A DNA stretch of 62,203 nucleotides, the filler included, from Choristocarpus tenellus KU-1152 (Eukaryota > Protista > Phaeophyceae), in assembly GCA_964200185.2 (NCBI GenBank). It is 12 parts of 12 records of this genome, joined end to end, with 100 filler letters (N's around TTAATTAATTAA, not from the genome) between each part and the next. Parts side by side here need not be neighbours in the genome. Positions count along the whole stretch, not along the records: positions 32,604 to 48,645 come from CAXNAD020000883.1; positions 48,746 to 51,883 come from CAXNAD020022044.1; 10 more parts are not named here. One strand, written 5' to 3'. The translations under genes were made by a program, and so were the position numbers. The notes under the pieces are model-generated. The model did no database searches and was not told where the DNA came from. It saw only the letters and a program-made list of their open reading frames with translations. Of the stretch, positions 37,549 through 50,418 are shown one piece after another (position 1 is the stretch's first letter; every line of letters begins with the position of its first letter).

Positions 37549-40500
37549 ATGGACGGCTGGGCTCGCCAAGGTGCTCGCGACAAAACGACAATGTCATGGC
37601 CTGGAAGGAGGAGAGTTTTACCTGTAGCCAAACTGGTGAGGATCTGTCTCTTCCAAAATAACTTGACAGACATCATGTATATCAACTTCCTCACTCGATG
37701 ATCTTATTCGAGTCTTACTGGCCGAAAAGTCCACTTGTGGCCGCATTTTGAAGAAGATGTATTGTTTTCGAAGTAAAAGTCAGGTGATCTCCCCGCCCAA
37801 CCTCGCCCGTGTCTACAGACAGCCAGTCCCTAGTAGCAATTGGCTGGCCTCCTGACACACAAAACCCCTTCGTTCCCAGGAACCTGCTCAGCCCGTAGTG
37901 AGAACAAGGGGAGAACTGTCCCACTTTCAGCGGGTGGAGCTCCTGTGGGAAAAGGCTGCTGCAGCAAGGCAGCAAGCTGCCAGGCTTCGTGAGGCAACTT
38001 TGCCTAAGGGTAGGTACCCACACTGTTGTGTTGGTCAAGCGAAGATAGTGTGGTGATGCTACATCATCATGCCTAGACTGCAGGTCCAATATCATTGACA
38101 CGTTACAAATTTTAGTTGTGATAAATTTTGATGAGTTCCGTTGAAGTATTATTGCACTTAGCGAAACAAATCTAAAGAGAGCACAGAAGGATTTGTTTAT
38201 TGGGGGGTTGGTAGGCAGAAACCCTTGTTTGAATCCTTAGAGCCTTGTAGTTTGGAGTTCATGCTCAGGTGTATCTGTTTTAGAATGTAGAAACATAGTG
38301 GAGTACAGTTCGATTGTTAGAAACGAGTCCCAATAGAAATGTACTGCAACCGAAAAGGTCAAGACCCAGGGGCAGGGAAATAGAGCCCTGTATAAATAGC
38401 TATCGATATCTGGCCTTGTTTGAAACGCACAGTACAATGTTAGAGGGAATATTTGTGGACCATCTCATCCTGCACCTTTTCTTTCTGACAAGAGAAAAAA
38501 AATAGTCGTGCTTGAGGGTCTTGACATCCCATTCAATATGGGTATCATATGCAAGCAATAGAGATACTGTAATACTTGGCAGCCTCCAGACCTTCATCTA
38601 CATAGTCCGATGTGTGTTGAAATGTGTACAATGATGAAAAGTCAAGTCTTCAATATTTTGTATGTAATGTGCTGTGATGAAGCCAGCCAAGATAGGCACT
38701 TGAACCCCCCACCCTACTTTGTATTGTGGCAGAGTGCATATAATTATATAGACTAATTCTCCTCACTCCCAATCCCAACAAACCATGCTGCCCCATGTTC
38801 CCAAATACTGGTCACATCCCCTTTGACCCATGGTTATCACTTTTGTGGAACATCCTCTGGATGTACCTCTAGAGTGCAAATCTTCGGAGAGGGTGGATGC
38901 TGGAAGGAGATGTAAGGATGCTATGGGTGCGGAGGATAGGAGAGAGGACAAGGAAGGACCTGTGGCCAGCAGGAGTGTTGAAGGAAGAGGTCATATTGCC
39001 GATGGTGAGGTAGATCATGATACTACCAGAGCCAAGGTAAGTTATTTTATTATTTTTACATGTGCTGTTTGTGCTTTTCAGTTTGTTGTGCTCAAAGTGT
39101 TGATTTAAACCTCATGACAAGTAGTGGTGTCCTATGATTGTGCTTGGCCACTGGACCAAAACACAGATTTTGATGCCTTAGCTGAGTGTTAGGGGAAATT
39201 TGAGCACTATGGTGGGTGGTGTGTGTGTATGCCACCAGCGACTGCCATGAGTAAAGAACTGCTTTCTGTTTTGGGGTGATGTTGATGTTGGTGTGGGGAA
39301 TTTTGCCAGGGTGTAAAAGGTAACAGAACTTTGAACAATGAAGCTGCTTCTTGGGACAACAATTTTTTGTTATTGAAGACCTTAACGTGGTTTTGAGGCC
39401 CTCTCCGAGGTGTCATGTGCATAATACTAAGACGTGGTATCTTTTCATTGTACGCAGTGCTGTTGATGGAGGGACATAGAGATTTTCACCAGTTTAGTAT
39501 CTGGAGCTCTTCAGCCAACATTCTTGATTATGTGCATTGCACGAAAATATATTATTTACACATTCTGCACTTGTGTGGCTATGTACTTCAAAGTGAAGAA
39601 GACTTGAGGGTACACTCTTGCTGAGAGTTTTCAGTCTGGCACACATATATGCCATGCCAATGGTACTGACTGCTGTTGCTCATGGTGTTGGATTAGTTTA
39701 AAATATCAGGCCTTGTGTTGCGCACTGAACAGTCTTATAGGACCCAGCCCTAAGAGTACCTCAGGTTGCCACCTGTTCGGCATTTTCCAATATTTTCCTG
39801 ACCCTGATCTGATGGCACCCCAGGCCCTACACTGTCCTCAAGTCGAACAGAGAGACCCCCCACCCTTTGTGGTTCATGCACCCTGTAAGGATTTACTGTA
39901 CTTTATTCTCCATTCCAGCTACATCGTAACCCTGTCCATCATATTGAATCTCTAGTCTACCCTGTGGCCAATGTGAACAGCTGTGGACACCTTACAGTCA
40001 TGATAAAATATGTCATTGGCAATAGAGGAGGGTGTCTTGGTGTAAGGGTTTGAAGGAGATGTTTGCATCACTACCTCTAGTCAAGTCACTCCTATCTGTG
40101 CCTCACACCTACATTTTTTGTTGTGTGTGCTTGTTTACTCTAAGGTTTTGGCCATTTATGAGCAGCACAATCCAACAAAGGTGGGTGATATAGACTCTCT
40201 CTTGGAAAAATACAAGGGGCAATGGCCACGTATGCTCAAGGTGAGTGAGGAGGGGGCAAAGATTGAAGTGATTGTGTTGTGGTATGAGGGACAGAGCATC
40301 GAGGATGGTGCTGTTGCATTTTTTGTAGTTATTTCTTGGTTTTGCTTGAAGGACATGAGGCAGTGAGTGTGCAGGTGTTGCATATTGTCTATTTTTCAGA
40401 TTGTGAGGGATGCCCATGTGTCCTAGTTCATGTTCCTTGGGTGGCCTCACAAACATAAACACACAGAGAGAGAGAGAGAGAGAGAGAATACTAGGACTGA

Positions 40501-43500
40501 ATTTGACCATAGATATTCTGAGTCAATTGTGTACAGTAGCACCGCCCATCTCTATTTTGCTTGGAGTCAACAAACAATAGCAAGTATAAAACTGAGGAAC
40601 ACCTTACACTAGAACCGTTCAAAATTTGTACACTTTCATGACTCCTTCGAGTGATTTTCAGAGCGTTGATAGCAGGAGATTCGAATTATCTCTTTGCCTA
40701 ATATGCTTTCAAGGTACAGGACAGTTCACTTTCCATGCATGATCTCCCTGGCCCGCCCCCTTGGGCACTATGTTTGTAAGAAGAGCTCAATATTCCTGTG
40801 TTTTCCTATTTTTATCATTAGCATCACGTTTGTCTGAGAGATCCCACATTCGTTACTGAAACGTTTGTCCAATGAAGGCAATGCACTCTGCTTGAGAAAA
40901 TGCAACAAGGACCATAAAAAAAGACGTAGAAGGACAGGGAAAAAGAAAGAGAAGAAAAGAGAAGGAAGAATAGAATCCACCAAAGAAAACGTCATCATCT
41001 ACGAAACATAATGGATACATTACACAAGAGATATCAGTCCCAAGAGAATACAGCATTCACTACAAAGTGATGTTGGTGATGTTGGTGATGTTGGTGGCTT
41101 GGGGGACATCTCAAAGTGTTGGACTCAGTGTCGACATCTCATCTTCTAATACAACACTCATGATCCGTATTTTTGTCTCTTCTTCCCCTCCTTGATCTGT
41201 GATATCTTTTGCCCAGCGGTTGGAGGACAAGTATGTTACTGAAAGCAACTTGCCCTTTGCTCAAGGAAAGGGTCCACAGTGCTACATGGACATAGAGGTA
41301 CAAGTGCTTTCCCACCATACATCACTAAGGACATTTTACAGATTAAACAGGCAGTAGTGAGAGTCATGGCTAGAGTTTGGAATCAAAGTTGAGCTTCAAC
41401 AGTCTTGTTGCCTGTTTAATCCTCATTTATGGAGTGCTTGGAGCCTGTGGAAGTGGCAACCTGCGTCATTGTCCAAGGAGGAGGGGTTGGGGTCGGGGGC
41501 TGTACCCATCCCCTCAGTACAAATTTCTTCCGTGTTTCTGGAGTAAAACAATTTGATATTAATAACAGCATACCTTTTTGTGGTGTATTGTAAGGATTGA
41601 CTTGGGATGATTCCAATAAGTTGGAGACAGTCGATGTTATATTTTGGGGGTTAGGATTCAAATTATTATTTTGTCTGTGTAGATACCCTCTGTTGGAATT
41701 TCCTCGCAGCTTGATTGTATTAGAGTGCATTGCATGATTTTGAGCAGATTTTCTTTCTATGCACCAAACCTTTCAATCCATAACTCTAGTTTTACATTTT
41801 GCGGCACTACAGTATGCAGTACGCTTTGGTGTATATACAGTATATATGCATGTTTAGTGTCCTTATTATTGTGTCTATTGTGCTCGGTACCTTTCTCACC
41901 CCCCCCATGTCCCTTGTGATGCCTTCTTCCCTTGCTCTGTTTTTGGATTTTTTTTTTTACATGTTTCTAAAAGATTGGGCGAGAGTATGTCGGCAGACTT
42001 GTTTTTGAGCTCTTTGCAGACAAGGCTCCGCTCGCAGTGGAAAATTTCCAAGTTCTTTGCACTGGAGAAAAGGTAATATATTCTAGGTTCAGGTTAGAGT
42101 ATGCATCAATATTCGTAATACAGCATACAGCCCTCTGGAAAATTGGAGACTGAATTCTTAGGGTTATGCTGGAGAGAGGTGGGAGGATTCAAGCGGAAGG
42201 CAAGTTGAAATTTTTAATTTTTTTTGACAGGTGCTTGTCAATGACAACGGCAAAAGGAAGGTGGAGGTGCAACTGACATGGGAGTAGTTGCTATGAAACA
42301 CCCCCCTCTGTAACCTGTATAGGGTTAAGCAGCTGACCTTGATTGGCGTATTAATCCCCTGCGACCTTGCTCCTACTCCTTAACCCCTGGATTAGCAACA
42401 CAGGGACTGCTACGATGTTGACTAGATGCTATTTCTTGTGTGCTAGTTGTAGGGTGGATTTTACAGACCTATGCATGCTTCAAGGGGAAGCTGCACCCAG
42501 TAAGAAAAGCTGGGTCCTTCTGATGCATAACAGCTAATGGACTCACTCACTTGGAACTATGTCACACCAATATGATGCAAACTCCAAATCCTGTACTTCT
42601 TTTTCAACATTCTGCCCTGATACCCGGTCTCTTGTTGGTATTGGGTGTAAAGGGCCGGGGGTTCAGGTATGAGGGGAGCAGTTTCCATCGTATATTGGCA
42701 GGTCAGATTGTCCAGGGTGGAGACTTCACAACTGGGGATGGGAGGGGCGGTCGCTCCATCTATGGGGTGGGTGGTAGGGTGTGTTGTTCTCTTTGTGGCA
42801 ATAGTGTAGAGAGTCAAAGTATCTTAGAGGGTAGAGCTGTGTCCATTTGGGGGTCAAAATCCAGTGTTGTGATTTTGATGTAATTTTGGCTATCGTGTTT
42901 GTTAAGGAGTGTCAACATCTATGTTCTGGACACACCTTTTCACAACATATACACTTAACCTACTCCTAAACATTTTGGAGTAGGAAATTGTCATTAAAAA
43001 ACCCATGGGAAGCCAAGCCCCATATGGACAAACAGGGCAAAACTCATATCCTCTAAGATACTTTCACTCTAGCGTCTAGTGGCACTTGTTGGTACTGTTG
43101 TAGACACTTCGCCACACAGGTTAACCTAGATTTTTCTTCTCCTTTATTGCTTCTCTCATCCCCTGAGTGTTGCTTCCATGTCAAATGCATTCATCATGCT
43201 TATAATTATATTTGTATATTTTTCTGTGTTTTTAGGTAGGTTGTCATGATATGTGTCATGATGATTAAAGTAATGTTATCAATGGATACAATATGTGGAT
43301 CCATGTCACCAGATATGAATAGCAGCTACATCAAGATGCCAAGATTTGTGAGGGCTGCATTGAAGGGTGCCCCACATCCATTGGATGGCTCTCATCCCCC
43401 CTCGTTAGGCATTTATTCGTCCCAACCACTGTGCATGCCCTCTTGTACAGGGCAAGTTCAAGGATGAGGCTTTCATGCGACACCACAAGGTCGGACTGTT

Positions 43501-45308
43501 GAGCATGGCCAACAGTGGTCCCAACACCAACAGCAGTCAATTTTTCATAACTCTCAAGGTGCCAACATTGCCCCTACTATTAATACTATCAAGATTAACA
43601 GGTTGAGAATGTTGCAGGGAGATGATACCCCAGTGGTTGAGTGTATTGCAGATACTATTCTATTGGTGTTAATAATAATGTTTCCATCTCTCCAAACACC
43701 CAAATTCTGGCATCATCTGGCTGTAAAACAATTGATGGTGGGGAAGCAGACAGGGGTTGTAATTTCCCCCAGACCTCTGCAGCCTGACCCTTGACCATGT
43801 TTTCAAGAGGCGTAGGAGGAGATCGGGGGGACTTGTGACTACCAGGGGATTTTGGTCGTTGTTGGGAACACTCAGGTCAAAACCTTCTGCTAGTGAGTCA
43901 TGGGAGATTCTGTAGTAGTAATTGCCTCTGCATACTGCATCACTTGTTCTTCTGTGTTCCTAGTTGTCATTGTTTTTCAAGTAATTTCGTGAGGGGAGTG
44001 GTGGGCATACCTCTTACAGCAACTTTAATGGTTTGATGCAAGTGCTCCCTGTCCAATCCGTTGTTTATCCTTTATGGTGTTTAATGTGTGGAAGAACCTT
44101 TCTGTTTAACTTATATCGTCCGAGGCCCAATTTCTTTATTGAAAATATTTCTTTAGGCGTTACCCTTTAAGAACTTCACCTATCCCCTATCCCCTTCCAG
44201 ACTCAGATCATTTTTATGCAACGAATTCGTACCTTTTCTGAAGAAAACGACTAAATTTGTGCTGTTTTGCCAATATAAATAGGAGAATATCTTGTGTTTA
44301 AAGTTTCTGTCCATACCTTACTTGACTTGAAAAGTCCTCGCTCCAGCTGTGTCCCCCACATAAACCAATGTTTTGAAGCTCTTTGGGTTCTTTGTAGGCG
44401 CTCTGGCGGGTGGGGAAGACCACCTTCTTCCTTGATACCTTTTGCATATTGATGCTCTATCTTTTGCTTCCATTGAAAATCTTCTTATGCCATGGAAAAG
44501 AGGACTCTCTCCCCCCCACCCTGCCATCTGAGACTATTGGAGAACTCCATAGGCAGCCTTTTGTACTGACTCCTCTGAGTCAAATCATACTAGAGGTAGC
44601 CAGGCGTTTTGCATTTTAAGTCAGTTTTTCAACCTTTTGCAACTCACCCATATTTCTAATGAAGTACTAAGTTTGACCTGAGAGCGTTGATTTCTATCTT
44701 GTTTGAGACTTTTTGACAGAAATTAAGGAATTATCCTATACGCATTTCTCAAAAAGTCAATGTTTCCACATTTTTGTCAGCATGCTTAAAATGCAACTCT
44801 GGGTACCTCTCGTTTATTTGACTCTCTACTCATCTTGGCAGGGCCTGTTTTTCTTTCTTCCACCCTCATCCCGATTTGTACCCATCAAACCTTTTTCCAA
44901 CTTCAAGATCACTATTACATACCAACTATCTGGCAAGTAATCCAACTTTTCCTTGAACCATCTTGTTATCCCTAACAACTACTCTTGTGGTTGTTCGCAT
45001 TCCTTCTTGTATTCATAAAGATTCAATGTATCTATCAAGTGGTCATATAACGATTATTATGTCAACTGTTCAAAAATTGAAGTAATTAATATTTGAAAAA
45101 ATAACTATCTTGCTTGATACCAATTTTTTTTATAAACGGCTTGATGCGTTTAAACGTCTTGAATTGTTGCTCAAAAGGCTAAATTTTTTACAACTTGCAT
45201 ATCAGTTGATCTTTTCTGACCAACAGCAACATATCTTGTTGTTGCTCAGAAGTTGTACTTAAACCTAGATCCGGTTGTTTCTTTAATTCCTAAAGTTTGT
45301 ATTTGACC

Positions 45309-45350
<42 letters not shown>

Positions 45351-48300
45351 TTGTGTTCAGGCCCTCCCCCACCTGGACGGGAAACATGTTGTCTTTGGTG
45401 AGATGGTAAGTGGCGTGGATACCCTGGATCGTATGAAGGCTGTCAAGATTGAAGGGCCTAAGGCTAGTGGTCGTCCAAGGCCTGAGAATAAGGTTAGTGA
45501 CTCTACTCTTGCCCACCCACCCCCCACACAATACCTCAACGACTTTGCTGACGCTAACTATTTTGACAACAAAATTCTGTTTTACTTCCCCATTTACCCA
45601 CCCCTCTATTTACCCTGTCTCATCACTAGTGATGATGTCACATTATAACTGTACTATATGCCCCTTAAACAACCCTTCCTTAATCAAATCTGTGTGTGTC
45701 CAGGTTATTATAGTTGCTTGTGGGCAGCTTGCTGATAGGGACGCACATTCCTTACCATTGACAGTGCCCAATGAGAAAAGTAGTGATGCTGGCAGCGGCC
45801 CTGTGGCACAATCCTCCTCCAAAGGCCCTGCTTTGGGCACTGGGGCACCAACCTCTTCGGGCTCTAAAGCTGGCATTGGGGCACAACCCTTTTCCTCTCG
45901 TGGCTCAGGTTCTGGCTTGGCCTTTGGCTCGGCCTTCGGTACTGCACTGAGTAGCCGCTCAACATTTGGAGCCAGAGGTACCATCCCAACTCTGATCAAC
46001 ACAAATGCTTCCAGTTCTGTTGGTGAGCATAAGGCTTCTGTCGCTGAAATGGGCAGTGACAAGGGATTTGTGTCTAGTACACAACCATCAGCCCTTGTTT
46101 CAGTGTTTGCTGCTGATTTTGCTGCATCAGTCAATATCAAAGAGGAAGATAGTAAGGGGAGCGCAGCAACCATGGATGAGGGTGAGAGCGTATTTAGGTT
46201 TAGTGGGGGTGGTAAATGCATTTTGTGGTTCCTGCCAGTATTGCTTGTGTGAGTGTGGAGTGCATTTGGTGATCCTTTCCTTTCATGTGGATAAAACATG
46301 CTGCACCTTTCCCTCGTTTCCCTCTTAGGGTGCTGCTGGTGTGTATTATTTTGAATTGGGTTTGAAGGTTAGTATTGAATTTTCAGTATATATTGGACAG
46401 TGAGTGTGTGTAGTGTTTCAGTCTATGGCACTCCCTGTTGAAGACATGTTCCCACCTATGGTGCTTTCTTTGGTCCCCTTGGCTTCAGGACCAGGTAGTG
46501 ATATGTTCTTAACCTAAGCTTAACTTGATGTGCACAAGTGAGCTTATTTTTGTATTGCTCATGCACTAGTACCTGTAACACCCTTCGGGAAAGTGTATGG
46601 TAGGGTGCTGAGGACGCCCCATCAAAAGATAATCAAATGCACTTTTATCACGGCGTGACAATCAAATCCCATTGCCTCATGACAGAAGTTGTTACTGAAG
46701 ATGACCTTGTAGCTGAAGAGGCCAAGGCGGGAGAGGACAAGAGGGACGAGGAAGAGGGCAAGGAAAAGAAGGGTGAGAACAAGGACCACAAGAAAGAGGA
46801 GGCTGCAGGAGGAGGGTTTGCAGCTCTGCTGAAGAGCCAGGCAGGAGGTTGGAAGTGTGAGGCATGTCTGGTGTCCAATCCTGAGAGTGCCCTGAAATGC
46901 ATGTCTTGTGAGACAGTGAAGGCAGGGGAGGAGGGTAAGGTGGGAATTGGAGGGGGTAACAGTGGTGTTGGTGTTGGTTCAATTGGTGCTGGTGGCTTCA
47001 CGTTTGGCGTAGGTAATAGGAGTGCTGGCAGCATTGGTAGTGGAAGCTTCAAGTTTGGGGGCTCCAGCTCATCTCTTGCAGAGCCTCCTGCAGCATCTGA
47101 TGCAGTGAGCAGTGAGGATGGAGGTTTTAGATTTGGTGCATCCAAACCTTCCAGTCCGTTGCAAACACAACCTGATGCATTGAATGGTGGTATTGATGTG
47201 ACGAGTGGTGCTGGCTTCAAGTTCGATGGGTCAGCATCAACTGTTGAGGAGATTATCAATGAACCGCTCAAGGTAAATATAGTGCAAGGTGGAAATGATG
47301 ATGAGGACAAGCAAGATGAAGGTGAGGTTAACGTTTACTATGCAGTTGCAGTGATACGATATCAGGGATATGATTTTTTTTTAGCAGGTGATTGTTACTC
47401 AGTAGCTTTTGTGGTTGACTCAGTAGCATAAAGGGCAGTGGGTTCTAGTATACAAGTTGAATGATGTGTTGCTGAAAGACAAGAATTGCCCATACATAGG
47501 TGGTATTCCATTGCCACCTTCAGTCAAATTTTGACAAATTTTGAAAGTTCTAATGAAAAACTGATTTCCCTGCGGGTAGGGAACAGCAAACCCACCATTA
47601 AATCCAAGGCAACTAACTCTGTAAGAGAAATTTGATTAATGTGGTGAAGTGAGTAATGGTGTAATTTGATAAGCAAATATTGGTTTATCTGCTTGACAAG
47701 TCATTTTCCAATGTACATACGTATTCAGTTTGAAGCATACTGTTCTAATAAAAGTGGTACTGCAAGGGAAATGTCCGTTACAAAAGCACTTTACAAGGTC
47801 CAACTCTACGTGGAAAAGCCTCTACTGTCCTAACAGCCTGTCAAATGATTGATTTTTCCAAATTGTGGGATAGTGCCTGCTTCCTATTGGTTCTGTAGAC
47901 TGGCCATTATTCTCCTGAGCTAATCGCAATTGAGATAATGTCAATTGTCCTAATTCCCTTCAATGTCAACCCCTCCAACTCCAGACCCAACGAGAGCTGA
48001 CTGTTTCCACATAAAAATTCCCTGAACTCTTGCAATCGGCCGGCTTTCCTATGTTTGGTCTCCCATTTGCTTGCCAAACATTTGGTAGTTGAATACTGTG
48101 GGGTATTCACTAAAGTAGAGAAACATACTTGTACAAGCCAGGTGCAATATTCATCATCACCGCTGTAGTCTTGCAAAGCAACTTATCTATTGGAAGTTTT
48201 CTTCATTGCTCACAAAGTCCTTCTGATTCACCTGGACAACCCAGTATGCCTCATCCAGATGCAGTATTGCAAAATCTGAACTGACATATTGTGACCATCA

Positions 48301-48645
48301 GCTTTCATCATCACACCATGATACACCCACAAGCCAACTGTTCTTTGCTTATCCCTTTTCCCAGATTCCAGTTCTGAGACTGAGGGTTCTGAGGGTGAGG
48401 GTGTGACTGAGGAGGATGAACTGGAAGAGGAGAGGGCCAAGGTAGAATCGACCTTTGACACCTTGGACACAAAACAGCAGGGGTGGATGGAGGAGGATGA
48501 TTTTGAGAACCTGATGACCAGCCTAGGCATCACCTACTCTGTGGACACACATAGACCCAAGCTATTGGCACTGTGCAAGGGGGGGCACTTGGGTCGAGAT
48601 GAGTTTGTGTCTTGGTATCTCCAATGGCTGTTTGATAGCGATGAT
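37549..48645 (+). CDS. Multidomain cyclophilin (PPIase) with NPxK helical module, RanBP2-type zinc finger, FxFG repeats and EF-hand-like region; 5' end uncertain, 3' end cut by contig break
   Basis: Phase-consistent exons ~37549-37635, 37880-38009, 38873-39036, 40145-40240, 41217-41297, 41974-42072, 42653-42766, 43451-43558, 45361-45492, 45704-46211, 46686-47321, 48365-48645. Motifs [46 protein letters not shown]...[34 protein letters not shown]. Confidence 0.85.
42811..43069 (+). mobile_element. MITE family A, full copy in a cyclophilin-gene intron
   Basis: Both TIRs; flanks TAGA/TAGC; 44 bp after the exon ending at 42766. Confidence 0.92.
44577..44824 (+). mobile_element. MITE family C, intronic
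   Basis: GAGTCAAATCATACTAGAGGTAGCCAG ... CTGGGTACCTCTCGTTTATTTGACTC; flanks TCT/TCT. Confidence 0.8.
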
Positions 48646-48751
48646 NNNNNNNNNNNNNNNNNNNNNNNNNNNNNNNNNNNNNNNNNNNNTTAATTAATTA
48701 ANNNNNNNNNNNNNNNNNNNNNNNNNNNNNNNNNNNNNNNNNNNNGGGGGT

Positions 48752-48797
<46 letters not shown>

Positions 48798-49453
48798 AGG
48801 GTGTGTCACAGAAGGGTGTGTGGTGTTGAGGCACTGGCACAACTTAGCAGAAGGAAGTAATAATAATAATAATAATAATATCATGGGTTGAACAGCAATA
48901 GCTAGTGTCTCCTTAGAATAGCATGGTCATAGCAAGTGAAGGGAGTTAGGCACAAAGGTTAGCTAGCCTCTGCCAATAAATATTGTAGTTGGATACACTA
49001 ACAGTTGACTCAAGAGACATATTCCAACATGGGAGCCCAAATCAGAGAAATAGAATGTTACCACACCACTATCAGATAATGCTGTCATGGTCGCAAACCC
49101 TAAAGTTCCAGTGTCACATTTGGATCTAGTCTGTCAACCAGGTTACCAGGGCGCACACATGAGATTAAACAACCCCAACCATATTGCATGGCATAGAACT
49201 CTCTTTCACGGCTTGTACCACATATACTGCAGCATCATCCTAATCCCTAAAACACCCTGCTGGAGAGTCTGAGAAGAGTAATAAACAAAATCAGTTCCTC
49301 TCTGCCCTGCCTAATTTTGACTAGGAGTTTGTCATTCACTTTCAGGCGGTACTGGATTGTGCGGGAAGCATAGTACATGCCATCAGACTCCAAGTTTTGA
49401 ATTATATCCAGAAGGAGGTGGGCGCGCTCTGTTTGCACACCAAATTCATTTCT

Positions 49454-49552
49454 AAGAGTAAGAGTAAGAGTCGACATCAAAATCAAATCAGTTGAAGAGT
49501 AAGAGTAAGAGTCGACATCAAAATCAAATCAGTTTAAGAGTAAGAGTAAGAG
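49454..49552. repeat. 41-bp minisatellite, about 2.4 copies
   Basis: AAGAGTAAGAGTAAGAGTCGACATCAAAATCAAATCAGTT(G/T) units at 49454, 49495 and 49536. Confidence 0.9.
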
Positions 49553-50418
49553 CCACTTCGATAGTTAAAAACAATGAACAACCCCAACAGCCCAGCAAAC
49601 CATAAAGAACCGAAAAAGAATCAGATAAGAGTGACACAAGCTCAGAAACCCAAGTGTTGGGGCGACAGCAATCATGGTGCAGTGCAAGTCAGCAAGCAAT
49701 GTTGCCGGAGATGATAAGCGCTACACATATGGCTTGAGATCTCGTGACTATGTGTAACTGTGCAATATAGGCTAGGTAGTCTATTATATGGTTTATAGGT
49801 GTTTAGTGACCACTACTAGACAACAGGAATGTTGACTTAAGTGGAACAAGTGTCATTGGCTTGTGTTCGTGTGCTTAGAGTAGTAGGTTCGAATCTCATA
49901 TGATTGATTTCTTATTACCTGATAGAAATAGATTGATGGAGGATTACTGACATAGTACTAGCTAGCTACTAGCTACACAGGATAAGTGACTTTAGTACGA
50001 TGTATCGGCAGGACACGTCTTGATGTTTTTTCAGCTGATGTGCCAGCTGACGCGTGCAATGAGATAATAAGATAATAAGAGAGAGCACCCCCCACCTCAA
50101 GGGATAGTGCTCACTCCGCTAATAAACATACATCCACAAAATACTATACCACCACATAAAGCAAAATACTCCATTTGAGTAGAGCCCTCTTTCGCAGAGT
50201 AACTACGTAACTAACTTGACAGTATTTACAAAAGTGCAGAGCGAGCTGATTGGACTAGACAAAACATCCTTCTTCCGCTCTGCACACACCATTAGCAGAT
50301 GCCCACATCGATAAAGCACCAACGTGCAACTGCAAGTTACACAACTGCAAGTTAAGCCATCCTTACCGCCCTCTCTCTACCTGGCGAGACCGCCTTTACC
50401 CGTCAAGATCGCCTTTAC

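Noticed and set aside
45643-47310. Long minus-strand ORFs (218 and 220 aa)
   Set aside because: Antisense shadows of the low-complexity plus-strand exons of the cyclophilin gene.
48746-48795. Long poly-G run giving poly-Pro/poly-Gly ORFs
   Set aside because: Homopolymer at a contig edge; length is unreliable and there is no evidence of coding.
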